Source of the DNA: a virus
IMG/VR virus record: IMGVR_UViG_3300045988_122072
Span: 96,001-160,000 of that record
Reading direction: 5' to 3' (one strand)
Length of the DNA stretch: 64,000 nt
The stretch's first letter is position 1. Each line of letters begins with the position of its first letter. The position numbers were made by a program, and so were the translations under genes. Below, one piece after another: positions 24,054 through 34,500 of this stretch. The notes below the pieces were generated by a model, which saw only the letters and a program-made list of their open reading frames with translations, did no database searches and was not told where the DNA came from.

Positions 24054-25526
24054 GAGCAACCACTTCCAAAGCATGGAGCATGTTGCTTGTCATCCCTTAA
24101 CCTATCTGAGTTTGTTGTAAACCCATATACTCCAACTGCGCATTTGAACACAGAAGATTTCCTTCATGCTATTGATGTTGGAATTAGAACTCTTGATAAG
24201 CTAATTGACGAAAACTACAATAGGCACCCGCTACAGCAGCAAAGAGATATGTCATATAATTATAGAAACATTGGTCTCGGCATTTTTGGATATGCAACTG
24301 CTCTAATGAAGCTTGGACTTAAGTATGGTTCAAATGAAGCAATCGAATTTACTGATGATGTATTTTCACTTTTATTCAAACGAGCAGTATTCGCAAGCAA
24401 TAATCTTGCAAAAGAATTAGGTACATATCCGAAGTATAAGGAGTGCGTATTTGATAGCGACATTATTAAGAATCATTTTACACCAGATGAAATTGATGGT
24501 CTAAAAGAACACGGTCTTAGAAACTGCTCTTTAATTTCAATTGCTCCGAATGGGTCTCTTGCTACTTTACTTGGAGAATCTGGTGGATGTGAGCCTGAGT
24601 TTGCACTTAAGTATACACGTAGAACTGTCGGTATGACAGACGGCGAAGATACTTATTATGATGTTTACTGTAAAGCAGCAAAAGAATATATGGATGCAAA
24701 CCATACAGATATCCTTCCAGACTATTTTGTTGGCTCTGCAGATATTCCTTGGCAAAATAGAGTGCTAACACAGGCGGCTATGCAAAACCATGTAGATACT
24801 GCAATTAGTTCTACAGTAAATATGCCTAATTCTGCTACAAAAGAAGATGTAGCTCATATGTATTTACTTGCGTGGTCAACTGGCTGTAAGGGCATTACGA
24901 TGTTTAGAGATGGATGTAAACGCCTTGGCATTCTGACAACAGACAAATCTGAAAGTGGCACAGACGAAAATGGAATTAAGCCTTATGAACTTCCACGTGG
25001 CGCTATTATTGAATGTTCTAGTGACCTAGTTGGTAAAAAGCGCAAGCTTACTACGGGGTGTGGTAGTTTACATGTTCTTGCATTTTTTGACCCATATGAT
25101 GGCTCACTACAAGAAGCATATTTCAATAAGGGGTCAACTGGAGGATGCGCCAACTTTATGACTGGTCTTAGCAGAACAGTTTCACTATTGTGCAGAGCAG
25201 GTGTTGATATTATGACCATTAAAGATCAACTAGATTCTACTGGCGCTTGTCCGAGCTATGCCGCAAGAACTGCAACTAGACATGATACATCTAAGGGGTC
25301 ATGTTGTCCAATGGCAATTGGTAATGCATTAGTTGAAATGTATAATGAGATGCAACAAGATATTGGTGATAATGAAGAGGAAATTAATACTGATACAGTT
25401 GTTCATCAGATAACGAAGCCTGAACAAATTAATTCAAACGATAGATGCCCAGAATGTGGGTCTATTCTTGAACACGTTGGCGGCTGTGATTTGTGTAAAA
25501 ATTGTGGATTTACTCACTGTGGGTAA
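24054..25526 (+). CDS. nrdJ: Class II ribonucleotide reductase, exon 2
   Basis: Frame is open from 24054 and reads EQPLPKHGACCLSSLNLSEF, completing the NPCGEQPL...C.L.S.NL active-site block. C-terminal CPECG...CDLCKNCG zinc ribbon. Confidence 0.8.
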   Translation, partial: EQPLPKHGACCLSSLNLSEFVVNPYTPTAHLNTEDFLHAIDVGIRTLDKLIDENYNRHPLQQQRDMSYNYRNIGLGIFGYATALMKLGLKYGSNEAIEFTDDVFSLLFKRAVFASNNLAKELGTYPKYKECVFDSDIIKNHFTPDEIDGLKEHGLRNCSLISIAPNGSLATLLGESGGCEPEFALKYTRRTVGMTDGEDTYYDVYCKAAKEYMDANHTDILPDYFVGSADIPWQNRVLTQAAMQNHVDTAISSTVNMPNSATKEDVAHMYLLAWSTGCKGITMFRDGCKRLGILTTDKSESGTDENGIKPYELPRGAIIECSSDLVGKKRKLTTGCGSLHVLAFFDPYDGSLQEAYFNKGSTGGCANFMTGLSRTVSLLCRAGVDIMTIKDQLDSTGACPSYAARTATRHDTSKGSCCPMAIGNALVEMYNEMQQDIGDNEEEINTDTVVHQITKPEQINSNDRCPECGSILEHVGGCDLCKNCGFTHCG

Positions 25527-25527
25527 T

Positions 25528-25542
25528 ACAATACAAAATTAA
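25528..25542 (+). promoter_or_regulatory. Leader box copy without an obvious upstream promoter
   Basis: ACAATACAAAATTAA starts 2 nt after the nrdJ stop. Confidence 0.5.
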
Positions 25543-25584
25543 TTTATTGGAGGAATGAAATATGGATAACAAGGTGGTGAATAA

Positions 25585-26328
25585 ATGGTTAAAGTAACGA
25601 ATAATTTAATTGACAAAATATTCGGAAGGCTTACCGTCATAAAACAAGGCGAAGATTATATATGCCCAAATGGAAAACATGTTGCACAGTGGTATTGCAA
25701 ATGTAGCTGCGGTAATCAAGATCTTAAATTAATACGTGGATCTAGTCTAACAAGTGGTAAAACAAAGTCGTGTGGATGTTTATCGAAAGAAAATGGAATT
25801 AAACAAGGAAAAAAGTTTAAAAAATATAATAAATATGATTTATCTGGAGAATATGGAATTGGATATACTAACAAAAATGAAGAATTTTGGTTCGATATTG
25901 AAGACTATGATAAGATACGAAACTATTGTTGGTATTATAATTCAAATGGTTATGTATGTTCACAAGATGAAGAACATAAGCACATCTATTTACATCGATT
26001 AATAATTGGGGTAACAGATCCCATGATAGTAATAGACCATATTAAACATCCAGCAAATAAAGAACATAAAGTGGATAATAGAAAATCAAATTTAAGAAAA
26101 GTCACACAGGTTGAAAATAATAGAAATAAACATAAGCAGATAAACAATATTAGCGGCACTTCTGGTGTCTATTATGATAATAAAAATAAAAAATGGGTGG
26201 CTCAAATTAGTTTGAATAATAGAACAAAATATGTTGGACAATCTAACGATATACAGGATGCAATTGACATTAGAAAAGAAGCGAAACAAAAATATTATCA
26301 AGAATATGCATTTAATATAAATAATTAA
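25585..26328 (+). CDS. Free-standing HNH homing endonuclease with AP2-type DNA-binding domain
   Basis: HNH core VIDHIKHPANKEHKVDNRKSNLRKVTQVENNRN. Then SGVYYDNKNKKWVAQISLNNRTKYVG...DAIDIRKEA (AP2-like). Confidence 0.8.
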   Translation: MVKVTNNLIDKIFGRLTVIKQGEDYICPNGKHVAQWYCKCSCGNQDLKLIRGSSLTSGKTKSCGCLSKENGIKQGKKFKKYNKYDLSGEYGIGYTNKNEEFWFDIEDYDKIRNYCWYYNSNGYVCSQDEEHKHIYLHRLIIGVTDPMIVIDHIKHPANKEHKVDNRKSNLRKVTQVENNRNKHKQINNISGTSGVYYDNKNKKWVAQISLNNRTKYVGQSNDIQDAIDIRKEAKQKYYQEYAFNINN

Positions 26329-26341
26329 AGGAGAATGAGAC

Positions 26342-26650
26342 ATGGATAATAATATTAACACAAGAAAATATAGTTGTGCAGTATGTGGCAAAGAATATGA
26401 TAGCATTGAAGATCGCAATAAGTGTGAAGCTCAGTGCATTGCTGACCGCAAAAAGGCGGAAGCGGCACTTGCAAAGAAAAAGCTTGAGGACGAAAAGGCT
26501 GCTCGTAAGGCAGAAATTGATAAGAAGTACAAGGAACTAAATGTTCTTATCGACAATTATATCAAGGACTATGGCTCCATTCAGATTGGTGAGGCTCGTT
26601 ATTTTGATGATTTCCCTGCGCTATCTAAGCTGCTTGGAGGTTGGTTTTAA
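26342..26650 (+). CDS. hypothetical protein (zinc-finger N-terminus, coiled coil)
   Basis: ORF after AAAGGAGAA. Contains YSCAVCGKEYDSIEDRNKCEAQC. Confidence 0.6.
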   Translation: MDNNINTRKYSCAVCGKEYDSIEDRNKCEAQCIADRKKAEAALAKKKLEDEKAARKAEIDKKYKELNVLIDNYIKDYGSIQIGEARYFDDFPALSKLLGGWF

Positions 26651-27156
26651 TGAATGTAAAGTTTGCAAAAGTAAGACCAAGCGCAAAGGCTCCAATTAAA
26701 GGAGATGCTGGCAACATGTGCTTTGATTTCTTCCCTTGTTTTGAGCAGGACTGGATTGAAATTAAGCCATTTGAAGTGAAGCTGGTACCTACTGGTATTG
26801 CGACCGCTTTTGATAACAGCCTAGGTCTAGTCTTTAGAGAGCGTGGCTCTACAGGGAAGATTAATCTCAAGGTTAATTCTGGTGTAGTAGACGCAAATTA
26901 TAGAGGAGAAATTTTTGTGGCTCTCCTAAATTGTAATAAAGACAGGTCAATCTTTATTTCTAAATTTGGAGATACTGGAGAACAGTCTCCTTTGACTGAA
27001 CATCCAGATGGAATTCTTGTTCCATATGAAAAGGCTATTTGCCAAGGAATGTTTTTACCAGTTCCTGAAATTGAACTTGAAGAAATTGGTTTTAATGAGC
27101 TATCTCAAATTCCCTCTGCAAGAGGAGCAAATTGTCTTGGTAGTAGCGGGCGCTAA
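26650..27156 (+). CDS. dut: dUTP diphosphatase
   Basis: GDAGNMCFD, ERGSTGK, GVVDANYRGEI and C-terminal RGANCLGSSG match dUTPase motifs I-V. TAATG start overlap with the upstream stop. Confidence 0.85.
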   Translation: MNVKFAKVRPSAKAPIKGDAGNMCFDFFPCFEQDWIEIKPFEVKLVPTGIATAFDNSLGLVFRERGSTGKINLKVNSGVVDANYRGEIFVALLNCNKDRSIFISKFGDTGEQSPLTEHPDGILVPYEKAICQGMFLPVPEIELEEIGFNELSQIPSARGANCLGSSGR

Positions 27157-27170
27157 TTAAATAAAAAATA

Positions 27171-27203
27171 CGGGACTACTGGAATAAAGCCAGTAGCCCC
27201 GTA
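27171..27203 (+). terminator. Stem-loop after dut (possible terminator, weak T tract)
   Basis: ACGGGACTACTGG / CCAGTAGCCCCGT with a 7-nt loop, followed by AAAATTT. Confidence 0.45.
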
Positions 27204-27276
27204 AAATTTATATATAACAATGCAACCATTTAAATAATTGCCATATTTATTTAAAAATATTCAAGGAGATGATATA

Positions 27277-27471
27277 ATGAAATATATTACCGTTAAACAA
27301 TTATATGAAAAATTAAATGCACAACATCCTGGTATAATAGGAATCAATTCTGTATATGATCTTGTCAAAAGAAAAGACTTCCCCTCCGTAAGAATCGGCA
27401 ACAAATTTCTTATCATTGAAGATAAAGTTGATGCATGGTTCGAGAAAAAGACATTGGCATATAAAAAATAA
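27277..27471 (+). CDS. Excisionase-type helix-turn-helix DNA-binding protein
   Basis: ATG 27277 follows AAGGAG. ITVKQLYEKL...SVYDLVKRKDFPSVRIGNKFLIIEDKVDAWF fits the excisionase/MerR-like HTH pattern. The gene is adjacent to int. Confidence 0.6.
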   Translation: MKYITVKQLYEKLNAQHPGIIGINSVYDLVKRKDFPSVRIGNKFLIIEDKVDAWFEKKTLAYKK

Positions 27472-27487
27472 TCATTAAGCCTTGCTA

Positions 27488-27800
27488 TGCATTGCAAATT
27501 GTGGTACAATCAAATTGTGGTAAATGATGTGGTCAAATACAAAACACATTCACACAAACACTAGTCGAATCAATACTTTGAAGTTCTTACCTAGGTAGGT
27601 TTAGTTTATCCATTTGAATAAAAATTAGCGCAATAAATATTATCATTATATAATCAACAAACCTAGTATTTTCAATGGATTAGCCCTAATATATAAATCA
27701 TAAGCATTTCACTAACATTCATTGTTTTTGATGTTTTTTCACCATATTTAATACCATAATTGTGGTATAAATGTGGTACGAAATTTACAACTTGACCACA
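27488..27800. repeat. att-like AT-rich region with six TGTGGT(A/C) sites
   Basis: Direct copies at 27500, 27516, 27528, 27761 and 27772. One inverted copy TGACCACA at 27793-27800. The region is non-coding and lies between the xis-like gene and int. Confidence 0.6.
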
Positions 27801-27846
27801 TTAGTTAACATAAATTATAATAGTAGTACAATTAATTTTGTATTGT
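27791..27846 (+). promoter_or_regulatory. Putative int promoter with a palindromic version of the leader box
   Basis: TTGACC (27791-), TATAAT (27816-27821, 19-nt spacer). GTACAATTAA / TTAATTTTGTATTGT (27826-27846) forms an inverted pair of box half-sites. Confidence 0.45.
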
Positions 27847-27862
27847 TAAAGGAGTGGTTATT

Positions 27863-29005
27863 GTGGCAAAGAAGAGAATGAACGGAGAAGGATCTTGGAC
27901 ACAGCGCGATAATGGTAAATGGAAGTTATCTGTATCATACAAGGGGTTTGGCAGGAAATATTTCTATGGCACCAAGCAAGAGTGCTTAAACAAAAAGCAA
28001 GAATTTGAAGCGTTATTGTCAACAGGTATTGTTGGAGAGAAAGACGTTTTATTTAAGGATTTTGCTCATTCATGGCTTAAAAATATTAAACAGCCATCGA
28101 TTAAACCAGCCTCATATGATAGACTTGCAGACATAACAGAAAATTTTTTAATTAAACAGTTAGGGGATTTGGCGTTGCAACAAATAGATGATAGTTTAAT
28201 TCAAACCATGATAATAAATAAGTTTAAAACAGACGGGTATTCACGTTCAACAATTCGCAAAGCTTATGGAACATTGGGGCAAATTTTTGATTATGCTATA
28301 GCCAGAGGGAAAGTAAACAAAAACCCAATAGACAATGTGGTGATGCCAAAACGAGAACTATTTGAAGAAAAAGAGCAAAGATTCTTTTCAGAAGAGGAAA
28401 GAGCTAGGTTGGTAAACGCCTGCTATATGAAATATAGTAACGGGGAAAGAAGATTTAAATATGGTGCATTTTATGTTTTCTTAATGTATACTGGGCTTAG
28501 ACTTGGCGAAGGACTCGCACTTAAGTGGAAATATATTGACTTTGAAAAAAGGACAGTCTATGTATCAAGAACCATAGTATATGTAAAAGACCGAACAAAA
28601 AATGATGGAAGCAAAATTCTTATTGATCAATCAACTACAAAGGGAGGAAGAGGGAGAACCGTATTTTTATCAGACATGGCAATAGAGGCTCTTAACGATC
28701 TGAAAGAAGAAAAAGGATATGATCCAGAACAGTACATTATACGCTCAAGATATAATACAATGGTTCGCCCTGCTGATGCGTATAAGGTATTCCAGCGTAT
28801 ATTAAAACAAGCAGACATAGAACAGTGTGGGCCACACTCATTGAGACACACGTTCGTAAGTGCGCTTATTGACCAAGGTGTTCCAATAACAATGATTTCG
28901 AAAATAGTTGGGCACGCAAAAATTGATGTTACAATGACAGTATATTCTCATTTGTTGCAAGAAACACAAAATGCATCTATGTCTGTTATAAAAAATCTTA
29001 AGTAA
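27863..29005 (+). CDS. int: Tyrosine recombinase (phage integrase)
   Basis: N-terminal NGEGSW. C-terminal catalytic pattern GLRLGE...HSLRHTF...GH...Y (R..HxxR..H..Y). The start (GTG 27863, GTG 27854 or ATG 27878) is uncertain. Confidence 0.9.
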   Translation: MAKKRMNGEGSWTQRDNGKWKLSVSYKGFGRKYFYGTKQECLNKKQEFEALLSTGIVGEKDVLFKDFAHSWLKNIKQPSIKPASYDRLADITENFLIKQLGDLALQQIDDSLIQTMIINKFKTDGYSRSTIRKAYGTLGQIFDYAIARGKVNKNPIDNVVMPKRELFEEKEQRFFSEEERARLVNACYMKYSNGERRFKYGAFYVFLMYTGLRLGEGLALKWKYIDFEKRTVYVSRTIVYVKDRTKNDGSKILIDQSTTKGGRGRTVFLSDMAIEALNDLKEEKGYDPEQYIIRSRYNTMVRPADAYKVFQRILKQADIEQCGPHSLRHTFVSALIDQGVPITMISKIVGHAKIDVTMTVYSHLLQETQNASMSVIKNLK

Positions 29006-29006
29006 T

Positions 29007-29035
29007 GAGTGGTTTTAACCACTCTTTTTATTTTT
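29007..29035 (+). terminator. Rho-independent terminator after int
   Basis: GAGTGG-TTTTAA-CCACTC followed by TTTTTATTTTT. Confidence 0.75.
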
Positions 29036-29090
29036 GCATTGCAAATGACACGAGAATGAAGTAAAATAATATGAGAGGGGAGTGATAAAT

Positions 29091-29255
29091 TTGGAAATAA
29101 AATCAACTGAAACGACAAACTTCACATTACGTATGCCGGTTTCGCAACGTTTTCAACTTGAATGTATAGCTAAAAAGCAAGGAAGAACTATCACGAATTT
29201 AATTAATTACGTAATGAGTCAATATATAGAGGATTATAACAAGACAAAAAAATAG
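29091..29255 (+). CDS. Ribbon-helix-helix (Arc/CopG-like) small protein
   Basis: TTG start 8 nt after GAGGGGAG. TTNFTLRMPVSQRFQLECIAKKQGRTITNLINYVM fits the RHH beta-alpha-alpha layout. It is below the ORF-track cutoff. Confidence 0.45.
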   Translation: MEIKSTETTNFTLRMPVSQRFQLECIAKKQGRTITNLINYVMSQYIEDYNKTKK

Positions 29256-29280
29256 GAGCCTGAGATTTCTCTCAAGCTCC
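29255..29280 (-). terminator. Terminator hairpin at the end of the minus-strand late operon (between convergent genes)
   Basis: GGAGCCTGAGA-TTTC-TCTCAAGCTCC (one mismatch). On the minus strand it is followed by TATTTTTTT. Confidence 0.65.
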
Positions 29281-29286
29281 TAAATC

Positions 29287-29748
29287 TTAAGCTTTTAGCC
29301 AATCTTGGCTTTTATAATAATTGGCTATTATATTATAATTCTGCGTCCCTGTATGGTTACAGTGGAGGTCATTACTGTATTTTGTATACATTTCCTCTAT
29401 ATGTACCATTTCCTCTGGATATATCTTCATCCCACGAGCACACCTTGATGCATATTCAGACAATTCTGACTTAATTCTATCGCGTTCGTTCTCAAAAACT
29501 CTTTTATCCAATGTTTTAATACGATCATCTATTTTATCTATACGTTCAAGAATCTCTCTAACATTGCCTTCGAGTGCTGTAATTTTAGCATTGATCTCTT
29601 TAACGGCAGCAGAAGTTTCATTTGCTTCAGATGTATGCTTAATCCAATTAACAATCTTTTTTCTCACTGGTTTAAAAATTGTAGTAACAAGTGCAATAAA
29701 GGCAGATATGCAACCAATAACAGCGGCAATATCTTTAATTAATTCCAT
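29287..29748 (-). CDS. hypothetical membrane-anchored coiled-coil protein (153 aa)
   Basis: N-terminal TM helix IAAVIGCISAFIALVTTIF, then heptad-like repeats. Last gene of the late arm. Confidence 0.6.
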   Translation of the reverse strand: MELIKDIAAVIGCISAFIALVTTIFKPVRKKIVNWIKHTSEANETSAAVKEINAKITALEGNVREILERIDKIDDRIKTLDKRVFENERDRIKSELSEYASRCARGMKIYPEEMVHIEEMYTKYSNDLHCNHTGTQNYNIIANYYKSQDWLKA

Positions 29749-29799
29749 AATAAATCACCCATTCATAATAAATTATCTCCTTTTAACTTTTTATCATAA

Positions 29800-31572
29800 T
29801 CATTGATTCTTTTTTAATTCATCCACTTCTCGCTGCAGTTCTTGACATTTTTTCACCAATAAAGGGATAATCTCATCATATGCCAATGCATAGTTAAAAC
29901 GTTCTTTGGTTGTATCATCTTCATCATAATAAACTATCCCAGTTTTCTGATTATTAATTCCAGCTTTTATTAGCGCTTGTTCAACGTCTTGTGCAACAAA
30001 TCCATAATGAATAATATCAGAATTGTCATTTGTTAATCTATACTGTACCGGGTGAAGAGAACCTATAATATCAATATTGACATCCTGAATATTATTTTTT
30101 AAGTTTCTATCGGAATCAATTATTGGAGACGACACGAAATGAGCGTTCCAGAAGCAATCAAACCTTCCAGTATTATTGCTAACTTTTTGGGCATAACCAC
30201 CAACTGCAACAGAGTTATTATCAGATGCTATATTGATTGGAAGATTTTTTGTCCCAACATGAGAGATTACTTCATGCGCTCCTCCAACTGCGTCTGATAT
30301 CACAATTTTAAAATCATATGCAGTATCTACCGCAAATTCTGTTTTATCAGTAAAAGTATATTCTGTTTTATTACTTGTATCATTTCTTATTGTCACATTA
30401 TGAGATGAAAATGTAGAATCTAAACTTTTCTTATTATAAATAACAATTTTTACGGCATTTGTATTTTTAAGAGTATAAAACGATATATTAATTTTATGAG
30501 TTACATATACTCCAGCATTATTAATTGTACCGTCAGAATTACTTCTAAATGAATTGCAAGAAGTAATAACTGGTGAATTGTAATCTTCAACATTAATATA
30601 CTGTGTTTTACTAGCAGTTCTCCCACGTGTATCTGTAATTGTTATAGTATATGCTTTATTCCCGCAGGTGGTTAAAATTGAACTAGTTGCGCTGTACGTA
30701 TTTGTAGAAGCCGCTGTCTCATAAGATAAATTTGGGCCACTGATAACGCATTTTTTAATAGTAGATCCATATACTCCAGAGACCGAAGCAGTCCACCTAA
30801 CAGTTGAATTATTTTTAACATATAATCCACAATTTTGCGGTTTTGTTGAGGCTATAGACGGATTAAAACTGTTTATTACTGGCGCTATATTGGAAGGAAT
30901 GTTCAAAGTAAAATTAATAGATTTTTGCCCAACATTAGTTCCCCCACTAAAGGTTGTACACCAAATTGTCCCATACCCGGATGTAGCACTCGGTATTTGA
31001 GATGCTAAATCTAGCGGAGGTGTCCACGATATAGATGAACTAGATGTCTGTGTCGCGAGAGTTCCAGTTCTATTACCAAATTGCCACGTTAGTGTATGGG
31101 TAAAAGAAGATACAGCTTTTGAAATAGAAATTGTTAATGGAGAACCCATGGTACTTCCACTAACACTAATACTTGACGCTCTTGGTATTTGAGGAAGATC
31201 TACAGAATAACCATACCTCGTACTACTAACTGCATATGTATAAACTGCAGCTTCCGCCCAAGCTGTTAAAACAGCATTACCATAAGAATTATGCGTTAAA
31301 GTAAAACTACCAGACCCTAGCGTCGCTCCAACCCACATTTCAAATCTATCCGCTCTACTATAAACAGTTGTGCCAGCTATATTAACCGTAACTGGGCCAG
31401 CCATAACATATCCCCATGAACCGCCAGCAGACTTCACTGTCCAATAAATAGTGGATGTATTATTAGCCACACTTTGTGAAGAAGACCATTCTACTCTAAT
31501 TCTATTTGGATATACGCTACCAGCAGCATCGTATACACTTGTTTCAAACGCACCACTTGATGCAGTTGCCAT
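29800..31572 (-). CDS. Tail fibre with C-terminal intramolecular-chaperone (peptidase S74-like) domain
   Basis: ATG 31572 lies 8 nt after AGGAGG. S/T/N-rich beta body. C-terminal DSDRNLKNNIQ...HPVQYRL...YGFVAQDVEQAL...AYDEIIPLLVKKCQELQ resembles the auto-cleaving chaperone module. Confidence 0.7.
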   Translation of the reverse strand: MATASSGAFETSVYDAAGSVYPNRIRVEWSSSQSVANNTSTIYWTVKSAGGSWGYVMAGPVTVNIAGTTVYSRADRFEMWVGATLGSGSFTLTHNSYGNAVLTAWAEAAVYTYAVSSTRYGYSVDLPQIPRASSISVSGSTMGSPLTISISKAVSSFTHTLTWQFGNRTGTLATQTSSSSISWTPPLDLASQIPSATSGYGTIWCTTFSGGTNVGQKSINFTLNIPSNIAPVINSFNPSIASTKPQNCGLYVKNNSTVRWTASVSGVYGSTIKKCVISGPNLSYETAASTNTYSATSSILTTCGNKAYTITITDTRGRTASKTQYINVEDYNSPVITSCNSFRSNSDGTINNAGVYVTHKINISFYTLKNTNAVKIVIYNKKSLDSTFSSHNVTIRNDTSNKTEYTFTDKTEFAVDTAYDFKIVISDAVGGAHEVISHVGTKNLPINIASDNNSVAVGGYAQKVSNNTGRFDCFWNAHFVSSPIIDSDRNLKNNIQDVNIDIIGSLHPVQYRLTNDNSDIIHYGFVAQDVEQALIKAGINNQKTGIVYYDEDDTTKERFNYALAYDEIIPLLVKKCQELQREVDELKKNQ

Positions 31573-31590
31573 ATTGCTCACCTCCTATAA

Positions 31591-34500
31591 TTATGTTGCA
31601 ACAATCGATAAACTACCATTGCTTTCTATTTGAATCTTGAATTTTCCGCCTAAAGATATCGAAGGAGTTGACGATTTTGTGCCAACTTTTATATCTCCTT
31701 CTACTTCAGCTTTCTTCATATATGCAGTGTCATTAGCAAAATAAGTTATTGGCACACCAAATTTAATTTCGGGGTCTACAAAATTTTCATTAATAGCTCT
31801 GGCTTCATAGAAAGGTGACTCAACTTTATATATAAAATCTGGATTCTTATAATAATCATAATACATAACACCATTATCGTTGTGTTCATATAATATATAG
31901 TCATAATAATTATCTGCTTTATATGTTGGTTCTGATGTTACAGTTTTTATCCTTGCTTTTCTACAAAATTCAATTCTTTGAGCAGACACTCTAGAAAAAT
32001 ATTCTTTGTTTTTATTTTCTCCAACAATCAGACCATTATCGCCATCAAAACTAAAATATGATAATTTTTCTGCTGCGTCTCCCTTATTCATTGTAACAGT
32101 GCCATCTTTAGCTACTTTAAACGCATACGTTCCGTCATCTTGTAATCCAATGCAGATTTCTCCACCAATGATACTGCTGCCTTCAATAAGCCCAGCGCTA
32201 ACGCACCCTGCCAATACACCCCAATATGTTTCACCTTCAATTGTATAACTACCGAATACTGATTTTGTTGTTTTGAAATTATCATCAGAATATAAGAATT
32301 TATTATTCGTAATCCAGCCTTCATGTTTATCTAGAACACCATCTACCATTTTGCGCAAATGGATACCATAATTATCCCATGATACATCTTGCCCCGCAGA
32401 ACTAGACCTAATAGATGTAGTTGCATCAATAAGGCCCTGCCTAATTTTTTCATCAATTGCAGTAGCAATATCATATCCTTTTTGCCAATACGAAGAACCG
32501 CTCGCCACAGATTTCCCAGCATTTACAGCTTGTGCCAATAAGTCTGCGTGTATATCTCCTTGGTCTTTAACTGATAATAAATCACCAAATGTACAGGAGA
32601 AATTACTTAAATCATTAAAGTTTAATTGTACTTCGAGCAATCTAGCCTTTTTAATAAAATCTTTTCTTATCATAACTCTGATAAAATTGCCGAGACTAAA
32701 TTGATGCAAAATTGGCTCAAATTCTGGCATTGCATAGATATTTTTCATTGATGCGGAAAAGGATAAAGTTGGTTTAGAAATTGCTTTTAATTTTTTGCTA
32801 CCAGCTACTAATAATTCTTTTTGCGTATTGATTATATCCAAATCTGTATCTATATCTGTTGTACAGAAACAATCATCTGTATATTCATCTTCACGTAAAA
32901 ATAATGACAATCTATCTAGACTATCTGGTGAGAAGTTTTTACTAATATCAATGTCTTCTGATATAAATTGAATTTTTTCTCTAACTTTTTGTATTTGCTC
33001 TGCAATTCCGTCTACCATATTTTGTTTTTCTTCTAACTGTTTTTTAGCGTCTTGCAATTTATTTAAGTTATCAATATAGCTTTTATATTCCTCGCTATCT
33101 TTTGGCTTTTGATCCCATTCTGCTGCAATTTGTACATCATTAATAGATGAATATATATCTATTTTTTCTTTCAAAGAATTGATTCCATCACTACCAAAAA
33201 CTAAATCCCTCTCGTTCCAAACATATGTATATTTATTTTCTTCGTGCCCGTCTTCGTCAACTTGCACAGACATTTTCATTTCACATACATAATATTTACA
33301 AGCGATGTCATTATAAGTGATATTCCCGTCTTCTTCTACTTTGTTCTGATTGACAATCTTATATACTTCACCGAGATGTTCAATATCTGCTTCGGGCAAG
33401 AACATATCTGCTTGGTCGTAGTTATCAGGGTTTAATTTAATTTCTGTAATTTTATATTCATCAGGTACAGAATTTTCCTCTGCCAATCTATTATCAATAA
33501 GTCTATATAATTCCTTTAAAACTTCTGTATAACTTTCTACTTTTATAACATAGTCTCCAATTTTAGGAGTATAAGACTTAAGAACAGGGGTCACATCATC
33601 GATTAAAATTTCTCCGGCTTGAGGATTAGCACTTACGATTAATAATGCGTCTACCGAATCAATTGTTTTAACTCTGATTCTATCTCCATTATTAAGAGGG
33701 ACATATATCGTTAAGACACGGGTTCCGCTATTATATTCATACCCGTCTGGCCCCTCTACAAGGGTCTCAAATTCAAGAGAACCAGCATTTCTTTTTTCAA
33801 CAATATGCCTAAGTCCAATTTCATTTAATAATGTAAAATGATTATCAATGAATTCAACTGACACAATGTCTGTAAATTTTAACGCATCTGAAATAGTCAA
33901 CGCACCAGATTTAAATGTATAATTGCTAGTCTTTGTTCCGTTAATTGCAACAAAAGTCGGACTCCAATTTATAAATTCTGGCAATTGGAATGTAGTCTGA
34001 ATTGTGTTTATCTGAATCGTACTGCCTACAGTTAAAGAATCATCATTGATAATTAAAATATTATTACTAGAATCAAATTCATATTCTGTGATTTTATTGT
34101 CATTTATAGAGATTGATTCTATCTTCCCAGTAAATGATGTTACATTGAAATAGTTTTCTACAAAATTAACTACGATGTTACTATCACTCATTAATAAAGA
34201 TGAAGTTATAGTTAATTTATTATTGATATAATTATACCCATCCTCTTTAATGGTAACACCATCTATAACAATAGAAGTTATTTTTCTTCTGTCTATATCT
34301 ATTTGAAATGAGGTGTCAATAGAGACTACTTCTATTACCTCTCCTGCAAATAAAGTTGGTAATGAAGATATTGTTAATTTCATTGTAGATTCATCAAAGC
34401 TATAAATATTATTTGGAATTTCTTCAAAATCAATACTGACCGATAATAATCTATCTTTCTTTTGTGGAATAGTAAAAACATTATTTGCCATATTAATAGT

